A stretch of 64,000 nucleotides of DNA from contig OZ242320.1 in assembly GCA_965208125.1 (NCBI GenBank), forward strand, positions 5,632,001 to 5,696,000, read 5' to 3'. A program made the translations under genes and the position numbers. The notes under the pieces were generated by a model. That model ran no database searches and was not told the origin of the DNA. It saw nothing but the letters and a program-made list of their open reading frames with translations. The stretch is from Candidatus Latescibacterota bacterium (GTDB taxonomy: Bacteria > Latescibacterota > UBA2968). This document shows positions 9,713 to 19,523 of the stretch, one piece after another (position 1 is the stretch's first letter; each line of letters opens with the position of its first letter).

Positions 9713-10711
9713 ATGAAAGCAATTCTCGTCGGCCTCGGTGGTCGTGCGCGTCACTGGCAGACCGCGTGTGAAGCACATCCCGAAGTCGAATTGGTCGCCT
9801 ATGTTGAACCCTCAGAAGAAAATAAAAAACGCGCGATAGAAGAACGCGGCGTACCCGCGAATCTCATCTACGACGACCTCAGCGATGCCGCCTCAGTAGA
9901 AGCGGACTTTGTCGTTGATGTCACCCCACCCGCTGTTCACGAAACCATCGCGATGAAAGCCTTTGATGCGGGCCTCAACCTGTTGGGCGAAAAACCCCTG
10001 AGCGATAATTTCGAAGCCGCCAAACGCATCGTTGAAGCGGGCAAAAAAGCGGGTGTCAAACACATGATCACACAGAACTATCGCTTTAATGAACTGCCCC
10101 GAACCACGCGGCGCTTGCTCGAAGCCAGACATATTGGCGACGTGTCGCAACTCGACGTGTCGCTTTATGTCGATTGGGCAGACAACCCGGGCAGCCACTA
10201 TGTGACGGAACCCTATATGTTCCTCACCGACATGGGCATCCACCACTTTGACATGATGCGCTATACCCTCAATACCGACCCCGTCAGCGCACACGCCATC
10301 ACCTGGAATTTGCCCTGGGGCTGGCATCGGGGCGACGCCTGCCAGATTATCGTCTTCAAATTTGAAAATGGCATAGTCGCCACACACCGCGGTATTGGCT
10401 GCACGATGGGACATGTCCCCGCGGGACACAACGGCGAATGGCGTTACGAAGGGCCAAAAGGCACGCTCACGTGGGAGGGCTTTGACCTCTTTTACACACT
10501 CAAGCACAAACAGAATCCACAAATCCGCGAACAAATCGAACTCGATGAAATCGACGGACCAAATCCCGTGCTCAACGAATTTGTTCGCGCCCTTAGTGAA
10601 GATCGCCAACCCGAATGCAATGCCGAAGACAATTTAAAATCCATGTCCATGGTCTTCGGCGCCGTCACAAGTGCGATGGAAGGACGAGAAGTACAGCTAT
10701 CAGAACTTTAA
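9713..10711 (+). CDS. Gfo/Idh/MocA family oxidoreductase
   Basis: LVGLGG, GEKP, DMGIHHFD. Confidence 0.9.
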   Translation: MKAILVGLGGRARHWQTACEAHPEVELVAYVEPSEENKKRAIEERGVPANLIYDDLSDAASVEADFVVDVTPPAVHETIAMKAFDAGLNLLGEKPLSDNFEAAKRIVEAGKKAGVKHMITQNYRFNELPRTTRRLLEARHIGDVSQLDVSLYVDWADNPGSHYVTEPYMFLTDMGIHHFDMMRYTLNTDPVSAHAITWNLPWGWHRGDACQIIVFKFENGIVATHRGIGCTMGHVPAGHNGEWRYEGPKGTLTWEGFDLFYTLKHKQNPQIREQIELDEIDGPNPVLNEFVRALSEDRQPECNAEDNLKSMSMVFGAVTSAMEGREVQLSEL

Positions 10712-10766
10712 GTAAAGGATCTGTGAGATTCTTGAACTGACATCAAAACAGATTGCACAATCTCGA

Positions 10767-10958
10767 GTGATCGCCAAAGGCAATCGCATTCGCGAAGTTC
10801 AACGTCTGGTTCATACTTATGGTGGGCGCGCATCAAGATGGGTTAAAAAGAGCAGTCCCCGCTATGAAATTGCCGGATATCAATACGAAATTCACTGGTA
10901 TGAACATCCCGATATTGGTCGCATTGAGTTGAAACAAAAACGAGTTAATCCGCTATGA
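10767..10958 (+). CDS. Small basic hypothetical protein, resembling an orphan polymorphic-toxin tip
   Basis: IREVQRLV..YGG..WVKKSS..EIHWYE..G..E.K; ATGA overlap with the next gene; the frame stays open upstream to 10716. Confidence 0.55.
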   Translation: MIAKGNRIREVQRLVHTYGGRASRWVKKSSPRYEIAGYQYEIHWYEHPDIGRIELKQKRVNPL

Positions 10959-11290
10959 TTGTCCAATTTAGAGAACAGAATACCGAATATCTCGATCTCA
11001 CACCCAATCAATACTATGTTGTAATTGGGATAGAAGCCGATGATTTTAGAATCTTGAACGACGCAGGCAGGCCCTTTCTCTATGATGCTACGTTGTTTGA
11101 GATAGTCGATTCCAAAGAGCCTGACGATTGGGTCACAGAGATTGGTGAAGATGGCGAGCGTTATGCCTATCCATTGCCGTTAAATTCGGTTGGTTTTTTT
11201 GAGGACTTTTTTGACGGGAAAAAAGATGCGGTCATCACATTCTGGCAGGTTGTCAATCATCAACTTGCTGCTGCATCGGAAACTGTTTGA
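10955..11290 (+). CDS. Small acidic hypothetical protein, putative immunity partner
   Basis: 111 aa acidic protein, translationally coupled; YVVIGIEADDFRILND.G.P.LY...FEIVD motif. Confidence 0.65.
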   Translation: MIVQFREQNTEYLDLTPNQYYVVIGIEADDFRILNDAGRPFLYDATLFEIVDSKEPDDWVTEIGEDGERYAYPLPLNSVGFFEDFFDGKKDAVITFWQVVNHQLAAASETV

Positions 11291-11305
11291 GATAAGGGAG
11301 AAATC

Positions 11306-12613
11306 ATGGCAGATTTACAAGGTGACACGAACTGGTTTACACATGATCGATTTGGATTGTTCATCCACTGGGGATTGTACGCATTGCCCGCGCGACACGA
11401 GTGGGTGAAGCAGCGAGAAGAAATACCCGACGCACAATACGACCGGTACTTAAAATACTTCGATCCGGATTTGTACGATCCCGAAGCCTGGGCAGATGCG
11501 GCAGCCAACGCGGGCATGAAATATTTTTGTGTCACCACCAAACACCACGAAGGCTTCGCGCTGTGGGACTCCAAACTGACGGAATACAAAGCGACCAATA
11601 CACCCGCACGCAGGGATTTGTTAAAACCCATGGTAGAAGCGTTTCGGTCGCGGGGTATGAAGATCGGCTTTTACCACTCCCTGATCGACTGGCACCACCC
11701 GCATTTCAGAATTGACGCCATTCACAGCATGCGGAATCACCCCGATAAAGATAAACTGAACGAACCCCGCGATCAGGCCCAATACGCGGCGTATTTACAC
11801 GGTCAAGTCCGCGAACTGCTCACCGAATACGGCAAAGTGGATATGCTATTTTACGATTTTAGCTATCCGGCTGGTGCAAGGGGCAGACCCGAGGGTTTTG
11901 ACGGCAAAGGGCGAGATGATTGGAATAGCATTCAACTGATGAAAATGACGCGCGAGTTGCAGCCGGGTATTGTGATTAACGACCGACTGGATCTGGACGA
12001 TGTAGAAGGCGGATGGGATTATCGCACACCCGAACAATTTATGCCGCGCGAATGGGTCACCTATCAGGGCGAGCGCGTATTGTGGGAGACCTGTCAAACA
12101 TTTTCGGGGTCGTGGGGCTATCACCGCGATGAAACAAGTTGGAAAAGCATCGAGCAACTGGTGCAAATGCTGGTCGGCGTGGTAAGCCGCGGGGGCAATT
12201 TATTGCTCAATGTCGGACCGACCGGGCGCGGGGTATTTGACGATCGAGCATTGGATTGCCTGAACGGAATGGGCGAATGGATGAAATGGCACAGCCGATC
12301 CATTTATGGCTGTACTGCCGCGCCAGAGGAATTTCAGACGCCGGAGGATTGCCGCCTGACCTACAATCCCGACACCAATCGGCTGTACGTACACCTGTTC
12401 ACCTACCCGTTCCGCCATCTGCATCTCGACGGATTTGCTGGCAAGGTAGAATACGCACAGTTATTAAACGATGCCTCAGAAGTGCGATTTCACCAGCCCC
12501 GCGCTGGACACACGGGAGACAGCAGTATCGAAAGAGAGACCCTCACACTGGAATTGCCCGTGCAAAAACCCAATGTGACAGTGCCCGTAGTCGAGTTGTT
12601 TTTAAAGGAGTGA
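11306..12613 (+). CDS. Alpha-L-fucosidase (GH29)
   Basis: WF..DRFGLFIHWGLY, TTKHHEGFALWDS, YHSLIDW, RGGNLLLNVGP. Confidence 0.95.
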   Translation: MADLQGDTNWFTHDRFGLFIHWGLYALPARHEWVKQREEIPDAQYDRYLKYFDPDLYDPEAWADAAANAGMKYFCVTTKHHEGFALWDSKLTEYKATNTPARRDLLKPMVEAFRSRGMKIGFYHSLIDWHHPHFRIDAIHSMRNHPDKDKLNEPRDQAQYAAYLHGQVRELLTEYGKVDMLFYDFSYPAGARGRPEGFDGKGRDDWNSIQLMKMTRELQPGIVINDRLDLDDVEGGWDYRTPEQFMPREWVTYQGERVLWETCQTFSGSWGYHRDETSWKSIEQLVQMLVGVVSRGGNLLLNVGPTGRGVFDDRALDCLNGMGEWMKWHSRSIYGCTAAPEEFQTPEDCRLTYNPDTNRLYVHLFTYPFRHLHLDGFAGKVEYAQLLNDASEVRFHQPRAGHTGDSSIERETLTLELPVQKPNVTVPVVELFLKE

Positions 12614-12617
12614 AAAA

Positions 12618-13325
12618 ATGACAATGACTGAAACAGACTTGCGAAAACTCAGTGCCGACGAGGTGGCGATCTATCGCGAACAGGGCTATGTGATTGTGCC
12701 AGATATATTTCCGCTGGAGGAACTCGCGGAAATCGACCGCGAGATCGATCGACTTCAGGAAACACAAAAAAAAACGGGGCGCAACAAGGGATGGATCATG
12801 CAGTTGGGATTGCGCTCAGAAGTGACCCGCCAATTTGTACAGGATGAGCGGGTATTGACACTGATCGAAGACATTGTAAAACCCGGCATTTCGATTTATT
12901 CGGCCAAATTGACGGCAAAAGTGCCGCATTCCAACGACATCTGCCACTGGCACCAGGACGACGCGTATTACAATACACGCGCCCTGAGCAAAACGCGCAT
13001 GTCCACCTGGATACCACTACAGGACGCGGATGAGACAAATGGGTGTTTGTGGGTCGTGCCACAAAGCCATAAGGGCGGCGTGGTCACGCATGGACCATTT
13101 GGCGGACAATGCCCAAAGTGTATGGGACCCGCCGATCTCATGTTCGACGATGCGATCCCCTGTCCTGTAAAAGCCGGGGATATCCTGTTATTCCACGCCT
13201 GTTTATGGCATCATTCCAAAGGCAATCAGACAGACCACGTGCGGCGGGCATTTATAGTCTCGTATCAAGAGGCCACTGTACCGCGTGGCAATGGCGATCA
13301 GTATAAAATTCTGAGGTCCGCATAA
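12618..13325 (+). CDS. Phytanoyl-CoA dioxygenase (PhyH) family protein
   Basis: WHQD, NGCLWVVPQSH, H-x-S-x-x-N, R. Confidence 0.92.
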   Translation: MTMTETDLRKLSADEVAIYREQGYVIVPDIFPLEELAEIDREIDRLQETQKKTGRNKGWIMQLGLRSEVTRQFVQDERVLTLIEDIVKPGISIYSAKLTAKVPHSNDICHWHQDDAYYNTRALSKTRMSTWIPLQDADETNGCLWVVPQSHKGGVVTHGPFGGQCPKCMGPADLMFDDAIPCPVKAGDILLFHACLWHHSKGNQTDHVRRAFIVSYQEATVPRGNGDQYKILRSA

Positions 13326-13381
13326 GGAGATGGTAGAACAGGAGTTTAGGATCTGTTGTTCCCGCTCGACCTTCACCTTGT

Positions 13382-16300
13382 ATGAAATATAAAATCCCAA
13401 AACTAAAGTTTTTCTCGCTTCTCCCCCCCATCTGCGTATTATCCTTCCTATTCTTGTGCGCTACCCTATTGCACGCACCCACCTGGGCGCAATCTCAGGC
13501 GACCACCGGCGTTATCCGCGGCTTTGTCTGGGATCAGTTCGACAACCCCATTGGCAATGCCACCATCGCCCTCAAAGAAACCAGCACCAATTACCGGCGC
13601 ACCCTCACATCATCCAATCTGGGGATATTCACCGCGACTCTGTTACCCCTGGGGTTTTACGACATCACAGTACAGGCAGCGGGACAGGCAGAAGTGCGTC
13701 AAACAGGGGTGCAGGTACGGGTTGGCGAGACAGTGGAACTCGTCTTCAAAATGGCATTACAAATGGATGAGGTCCTTATCGAAGCGACGAGACCTGCCGT
13801 TGACATCACCCAGAGCGAAACAGCCACGCGCCTGCCCGAAGCAGCCGTGCAGGACTTGCCCAACAACGGGCGCAATTTCCTCAACCTCACGCTGTTGACC
13901 CCGGGCGTGAGCATCGTGCAAGGACCTGACGGCGATGAATTAACCATTGCCGGTCAGCGCGGCATACACAACAACATCTCGGTAGATGGTGCGGATTTCA
14001 ACAACCCCTTCTTCGGCGAACAGCGCGGCGGACAGCGCCCCGCCTTCACTTTTAATTTAAACGCAGTAGCGGAAATGGTAGTCATACCCCAGGGAGCCAA
14101 TGCCGAATTTGGCCGCTCCAGCGGGGGCTTTGTCAATGTCATCACCAAATCGGGCACCAACCAATTCCACGGCTCCGTGCATTTTTTTGGCAAACACGAC
14201 GCCCTGTCCAGCACAGCCAAGCATAACGGGATAGAACGCACGCCCAATTTCAAACAGGGGCAAGTCGGCTTCACCCTGGGTGGCCCACTAAAAAAGGACA
14301 GGGCATTTTTCTTTGCCGCGTATGACCAGCAGATTTTCAGAGATACCAAACAGAATAATATCGAGCGCGGAGATGCCCGCCTGCGCCGCTTCATGGCCTC
14401 CGCGTTCAACCTATCCGACGACTACGGCGCCATTGACCGCACCAACGATGCCCGCGCTTTTCTCCTCAAGGTCGATTACCACCTGTCGGAGGAACACTCC
14501 GCCACCTTCAAATACAATTACACCTGGTCCGAACAGGAAAACGGCACCTTTGATGTTGACTCGTGGGCGCGCAGCGCCAATGCGATTGAAAGGGACTGGT
14601 CACACGCCTTCAACGGCAGTTTGATCTCGCTTCTATCCCCCAGCACGATCAACGAATTCCGCTTCCAAATCGCCCGCGAAGACCGTCCCCGTCCCTACGG
14701 TGGACCACATAACCCCAATACCGGCAGGCCCTTTCCTGACACGGGCATGGACTTTGTACACGGATATCGCTTTGGCATGCCCTTCTTCATCCCAATCGAA
14801 TACCACGATAGCCGCATCCAGTTGCTCAACAACATCTCCATAAGCAAGGACAATCACCTGATCAAAGCCGGGGTCGAATGGAACCGCGTCGAATCCGTGC
14901 AAACCTTTATCGGTTTTGCCAATGGACGCTACATCTTCAATTCCGTGGATGGCTTTCTCAACTTCGTCCAGCAGGGCAATACCTATGTCGAATGCTCCGA
15001 CGGCAGCACCAGCACCACCGGAACCTGTCCCGACGGAACGGAAATTACCGGGCCTGTTCTCATCTACTTGCAGCAGTCCGGCGTCGGCGGCCTGAGCGTG
15101 GAAGAAGCGGGCACACAGAAGATCCCTCAGCACGAACTGGCTCTGTTTATACAGGACAGTTGGCAACCCTCAAACAAACTCACACTCAATTATGGCTTGC
15201 GCTGGGAAGCGCAGATTCAGCCCGATGTAATCACAGATCCAGACGAAGTCTTCTTCGCCGATTTCATTGGCAAAACAGTCACCAATCAGACAGGTACATA
15301 CACATTCCCATCCAACGGCAAAATCCCCTCTACCTGGGATATGTTCCAGCCGCGGTTGGGCATAGCTTACGATGTACACGGCGACAATAAGACCCTGTTG
15401 CGAGGTAGCGCGGGGATCTATTACGCCCGCATCCCCGGCTTGAACCTGGCGGGCACCCGCTCGACCAATGGCTCGCGCGGGCAATCCATCTTCCGATCCA
15501 GCGCACTGACGCCCGTGTTGGGTCCGCCCCCGACCTACGGCGAGTTATTGCCTGCACCCACAGGCGATCCCTTTCGCCCCAATATCTTTGTCTTCGACAA
15601 AAATTTTAAAAACCCCCGCACCATCAGCACGCATGTGGGTCTCGAACGCGAATTGCATGCAAAGGGGGTAGTCGGTACCTTCGGCTATACATACTCCCGC
15701 ACCGACAATCTCACGCGTTTTATCAACCGCAACGACGCGGTCTTCGGTTCTCCCTGGTCAACGGGTTTAGGTCCTGACAACGGCGTCGGTGACTTGACCG
15801 TGGTCGAGAGTACTGCCAAATCGCGCTATCACGGCCTCAGCTTTGGACTGCGCCAGATGGTGCGAGACGACTTCCAGTTCCAGATGAACTATACCCTGTC
15901 CTGGGACAAATCCGACGACGACAACGAGCGCGACCCCTTCACTTTCCGCTACGTCGATGCAACGCGATTGGATCGCGAATGGGGCTATTCAGACCGCGAC
16001 CAGCGCCACCGCTTCAATCTGTGGACCCTATCCAGATTGCCCGGCGATCTATTCCTCAACAATCGCATAAGCTATTATTCGGCACAACCCACCTCCGCAT
16101 CATGCACGGGCAAGCCAACGACCAACCCGTGGGGCCCTACCTCCGACCGTATATGCGCCGACGGCAGTATTATCCAGCGCAACACCCTCCGTAAAGACAA
16201 TGCGTTTTTCTCATGGGATACGCGCCTGTCCCGCCCCATTCCATTGGGCAACGGCCATCTGGAAGCCATCGTCGAAATCTTCAACCTGCTCAACACAGAC

Positions 16301-16411
16301 AACTTCCGCGACCCCTCCACCGCGGGCCTGCTCTTCAACTTTGACGGCACCGTACAATCGGGCCTCGGCGACCCACGCGAAGTGCAAATCGGCATGCGCT
16401 ACGTTTTTTGA
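13382..16411 (+). CDS. TonB-dependent receptor (Oar-like) with N-terminal carboxypeptidase-regulatory-like domain
   Basis: LPNNGRNFLNL, AEFGRSSGGFVNVITKSGTN, FIQDSW, PREVQIGMRYVF C-terminus. Confidence 0.93.
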   Translation: MKYKIPKLKFFSLLPPICVLSFLFLCATLLHAPTWAQSQATTGVIRGFVWDQFDNPIGNATIALKETSTNYRRTLTSSNLGIFTATLLPLGFYDITVQAAGQAEVRQTGVQVRVGETVELVFKMALQMDEVLIEATRPAVDITQSETATRLPEAAVQDLPNNGRNFLNLTLLTPGVSIVQGPDGDELTIAGQRGIHNNISVDGADFNNPFFGEQRGGQRPAFTFNLNAVAEMVVIPQGANAEFGRSSGGFVNVITKSGTNQFHGSVHFFGKHDALSSTAKHNGIERTPNFKQGQVGFTLGGPLKKDRAFFFAAYDQQIFRDTKQNNIERGDARLRRFMASAFNLSDDYGAIDRTNDARAFLLKVDYHLSEEHSATFKYNYTWSEQENGTFDVDSWARSANAIERDWSHAFNGSLISLLSPSTINEFRFQIAREDRPRPYGGPHNPNTGRPFPDTGMDFVHGYRFGMPFFIPIEYHDSRIQLLNNISISKDNHLIKAGVEWNRVESVQTFIGFANGRYIFNSVDGFLNFVQQGNTYVECSDGSTSTTGTCPDGTEITGPVLIYLQQSGVGGLSVEEAGTQKIPQHELALFIQDSWQPSNKLTLNYGLRWEAQIQPDVITDPDEVFFADFIGKTVTNQTGTYTFPSNGKIPSTWDMFQPRLGIAYDVHGDNKTLLRGSAGIYYARIPGLNLAGTRSTNGSRGQSIFRSSALTPVLGPPPTYGELLPAPTGDPFRPNIFVFDKNFKNPRTISTHVGLERELHAKGVVGTFGYTYSRTDNLTRFINRNDAVFGSPWSTGLGPDNGVGDLTVVESTAKSRYHGLSFGLRQMVRDDFQFQMNYTLSWDKSDDDNERDPFTFRYVDATRLDREWGYSDRDQRHRFNLWTLSRLPGDLFLNNRISYYSAQPTSASCTGKPTTNPWGPTSDRICADGSIIQRNTLRKDNAFFSWDTRLSRPIPLGNGHLEAIVEIFNLLNTDNFRDPSTAGLLFNFDGTVQSGLGDPREVQIGMRYVF

Positions 16412-16430
16412 TTGCGGTGAGAGATGAAAA

Positions 16431-17045
16431 ATGAGTGAATTTCAGTCAAGTTATCGCGAACCGGAGCCGCTTAAGCCTGAAACTCTCTTTACCCAAAAGG
16501 GCCAGCCGACCTCCTTTTCGGTACTGGACTTCTGGGTCTGGATGGCTTCCGACGTATTGAACAACACCCTGCGTGGCATGGTCGCGGAGTACATCGTAAG
16601 TCAAGCCCTGGAGGCATGTACACCGGTCAGGGTCGAGTGGGATACTGTCGATAGAACGACGCCCGAGGGGATTAAAATCGAAGTCAAGTCATCCGCTTAT
16701 CTCCAGTCCTGGCATCAGAATCGACCATCTGCAATTTCATTCAATATCGCAAAGAAACGTCCCTGGGATCCAGAAACAAACCAGTACGGAAAAACGCGAG
16801 TTCGCAGTGCCGATGTATATGTCTTTTGCCTTCTCACTCCTAAGGATGGTCGAACCGTCAATCCCCTTGAACTGACGCAGTGGGAGTTTTATATTCTACC
16901 AAAGCGCACGCTTAATTCCTCTCTTGGAAATCAGAAGACAGTATCGCTCTCGCGTCTAAAAGATCTGGGAGCCGTAGCACTGGGTTATGACCAAATCCGC
17001 AACGCCGTTCTGGAAGCGTACGGTGATAGAGGAAAAAACACATAA
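16431..17045 (+). CDS. Hypothetical protein with a PD-(D/E)xK nuclease-like motif
   Basis: RGMVAEYIV..W..D..IKIEVKSSAYLQSW..ADVYVFC. Confidence 0.65.
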   Translation: MSEFQSSYREPEPLKPETLFTQKGQPTSFSVLDFWVWMASDVLNNTLRGMVAEYIVSQALEACTPVRVEWDTVDRTTPEGIKIEVKSSAYLQSWHQNRPSAISFNIAKKRPWDPETNQYGKTRVRSADVYVFCLLTPKDGRTVNPLELTQWEFYILPKRTLNSSLGNQKTVSLSRLKDLGAVALGYDQIRNAVLEAYGDRGKNT

Positions 17046-17051
17046 CAACTT

Positions 17052-17258
17052 ATGACTATTAATACGACTCACTGGGATTCAGCCGAGTACCTCAAAACTG
17101 AAGAAGATGTGCAGTTGTACCTGGAAGCGTGCCTTGAAGAAGCAGGAGATGACCCCGCTTTTATAGCCCATGCATTGGATATAATCAATCGCTCGAGATG
17201 GGGTAACTCCAGGATTGTATTGATAACCCGACAAACAAACAGAGGCGAGTATGATTAG
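17052..17258 (+). pseudogene. Truncated addiction-module antidote protein (HTH part missing)
   Basis: WDSAEYLKTEED..YLEACLEEAGDDPAFIAHAL matches the N-terminus of HI1420-like antidotes; the sequence diverges after about residue 49 and no HTH follows. Confidence 0.7.
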
Positions 17259-17424
17259 AAGTTTCACATTGGATTTTTGGATAGACGATGGTTGGTATGT
17301 TGGGAAACTACGTGAGGTTCCTGGTGTATTCAGTCAGGGTGCAAACCTGGAAGAATTAAAAATAAACATCAAAGACGCTTATGATCTGATGATGGCAGAA
17401 ACAACGCAGAGGATAGACTCCTAA
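17251..17424 (+). CDS. Short HicB family antitoxin (57 aa, not in the ORF track)
   Basis: Translated by hand: MIRSFTLDFWIDDGWYVGKLREVPGVFSQGANLEELKINIKDAYDLMMAETTQRIDS*, with the HicB-type PG..SQG...EE...NI.DA pattern. Confidence 0.8.
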   Translation: MIRSFTLDFWIDDGWYVGKLREVPGVFSQGANLEELKINIKDAYDLMMAETTQRIDS

Positions 17425-17502
17425 CAATATATCATAAATGCCCGACATCATACTCATTCGCATCCTGAGTTCAACACAGCATCATCAGAGAGGACGATAA
17501 CC

Positions 17503-18051
17503 ATGGCTATCCCAAATCCTCTCGTTAAATTTACCTACGAAGATTACCTGAACACGCCCGAAGACAAGCGTTACGAACTTCTGGACGGGAATTTAGTTGC
17601 GCTTTCTTCACCGGAAGAATTTCATCAACGAGTTTCCATCCTATTAGGGTCGAAATTGGTTCAGGTCGCAGTTGAGAATCGCCTAGGGAAGGTCTATCAC
17701 GCACCCTTCGACGTGGTGCTATCGAACACGGATGTGGTGCAACCCGATCTGATCTTCGTCTCCAATGAACGCGCCGATATCATCACCCCCGCGAACATTC
17801 AGGGCGCGCCGGACCTCGTCGTCGAAATCCTATCTCCCTCCACAGCCACACGCGACAAGACCATCAAGCGCAGCCTGTATGCCAGGCACGGTATAAACGA
17901 GTATTGGATGGTAGATCTGACCGAAAAAACCATAACAATCCTGCGTCTCGGCGAGCGTGGATTCGAGGTCGTCGATACCTACGGCGAAGGGGAAATATTG
18001 ACTTCGCCCACATTGCAAGGATTCACTTTAAGCCTCGACGACATATTTTAA
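17503..18051 (+). CDS. Uma2 (DUF820) family endonuclease-like protein
   Basis: RYELLDG, HQ, VQPDLIFV, GAPDLVVEILSPST, D...K..LY, EYWMVD. Confidence 0.93.
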   Translation: MAIPNPLVKFTYEDYLNTPEDKRYELLDGNLVALSSPEEFHQRVSILLGSKLVQVAVENRLGKVYHAPFDVVLSNTDVVQPDLIFVSNERADIITPANIQGAPDLVVEILSPSTATRDKTIKRSLYARHGINEYWMVDLTEKTITILRLGERGFEVVDTYGEGEILTSPTLQGFTLSLDDIF

Positions 18052-18070
18052 GACAGCCTTGACAACATTA

Positions 18071-18117
18071 AAAAGTTCGGCTATTTTGCAATCCCACTGC
18101 AAAATAGCCGAGTTTTT
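18071..18117 (+). terminator. Intrinsic, probably bidirectional terminator
   Basis: 14-bp perfect stem tcggctattttgca/tgcaaaatagccga with an A-tract before and a T-tract after. Confidence 0.75.
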
Positions 18118-18188
18118 CATCTCAAAATGTACATTTTCCGTACACTTGAATCCTTTGTCGCATCTTCCCGATTTCCCTTCTCATCTTA

Positions 18189-19148
18189 ATGATACCCGAC
18201 CTCTTACCCTTAAAACCCTACCTCCGCGAAACCGTCTGGGGGGGGCGCAGTCTGGGGACATACTACAACAAAGCACTTCCCCCGGATGTGCCCATTGGCG
18301 AATCGTGGGAAGTCTCGGCTTACAAAGGGATGGAAAGCATCGTTGCAGACGGTCCCCTTGCCGGACAAAACCTCGCCGACCTCGTCGCAATTTATGGCGC
18401 AGAACTCCTCGGACAAAGCGTTATCCAGCGTTACGGTACTGAATTCCCATTGCTCATCAAGCTCCTCGACGCGCGCGACGACCTCTCCATCCAGGTACAT
18501 CCCGACGATACTTATACCCGTACAGAAAACCTGGGTACCTATGGCAAAACAGAAGCGTGGTACGTACTCAAATCAGACCAGGGGCGCGTAGCGTGCGGCT
18601 TGAAAGACGGCGTGGACAAACACAGCTTGAAATCATCCATCCGAGAAAACCGCGTCCAGGACACCGTGCAATTCTTCAATGTACAGGAAGGCGATGTAAT
18701 CTTCGTACCGCCCGGCACAGTACACGCCCTGTGCCAGAACGTCATGATCTACGAAGTACAACAATCCAGCGACCTCACCTTTCGCATCTACGACTACAAC
18801 CGCCCCGGCACCGACGGCAAGCCGCGCGAACTGCACATTGATCGCGCCCTCGACGTCATCGCCTTTGACGCACCCGCGCCAGAACCGTGGAACTCACGCC
18901 ACGAAGCAAACACCACACTCATCGGAGCAGAAGACACCGAATACTTCCGTCTCGAACGCTTCGCTCCTGCAGGCACCGTCCAGCACACCTATCCCACATT
19001 CGCGGCACTCACCATCCTCTCTGGCAAGGCTCGACTCAACAAAACTTACACAGCTCAAACAGGCGACACCTTCTTCATCCCGGCCAATCGCACCATCACC
19101 GTCTCACCTGATGAACAGGTAGAATATTTGATCTCATCATGTGGGTAA
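18189..19148 (+). CDS. manA: Mannose-6-phosphate isomerase, class I
   Basis: VWGG, IGESW, FPLLIKLLDA..DLSIQVHP, GKTEAW, HAL, EVQQSSDLTFRIYDYNR. Confidence 0.92.
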   Translation: MIPDLLPLKPYLRETVWGGRSLGTYYNKALPPDVPIGESWEVSAYKGMESIVADGPLAGQNLADLVAIYGAELLGQSVIQRYGTEFPLLIKLLDARDDLSIQVHPDDTYTRTENLGTYGKTEAWYVLKSDQGRVACGLKDGVDKHSLKSSIRENRVQDTVQFFNVQEGDVIFVPPGTVHALCQNVMIYEVQQSSDLTFRIYDYNRPGTDGKPRELHIDRALDVIAFDAPAPEPWNSRHEANTTLIGAEDTEYFRLERFAPAGTVQHTYPTFAALTILSGKARLNKTYTAQTGDTFFIPANRTITVSPDEQVEYLISSCG

Positions 19149-19152
19149 ATCG

Positions 19153-19419
19153 CTAAACCTGTGCTTCGCCGTAGAGGTCAATGCGGGCGCGGAGGGAGGG
19201 TTTGATGAAAACATCATCGAGGGGCAATTGGGAAAAGGCGTGTGCGAGGATATCGACCTGCGTGGGCACGTCGAGGCGGTAATCGAGAATCAGGCGCTGT
19301 TCGCCGCGCACCACACACAGGCCACCTGTACCACCCATGAGATCTTCGCGGAATAGGGGAATATTCAGGCGATGAGCAAGGGCTTCAAATTCTTGCAGAA
19401 GTTGGGAATCGGTCATCAT
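19153..19419 (-). CDS. Conserved hypothetical protein
   Basis: 88 aa filling the gap between genes; GGLC.VRG...I.D..L pattern seen in small conserved hypotheticals. Confidence 0.65.
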   Translation of the reverse strand: MMTDSQLLQEFEALAHRLNIPLFREDLMGGTGGLCVVRGEQRLILDYRLDVPTQVDILAHAFSQLPLDDVFIKPSLRARIDLYGEAQV

Positions 19420-19523
19420 ATAAAAATTGGGAAAGAAACTGGAGGAAAGTCACATCTGATATTTGCAAATATAGCGAAAAAAAAGAAATGCACAACTGGA
19501 TCGGCGAAGGTCGGTCCAGTTTT

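Noticed and set aside
9893-10609. 238-aa antisense ORF
   Set aside because: Shadow of the Gfo/Idh/MocA gene.
19153-19419. Possible ImmA/IrrE metallopeptidase
   Set aside because: It has ILAHAF rather than HExxH and is too short, so it was left as hypothetical.
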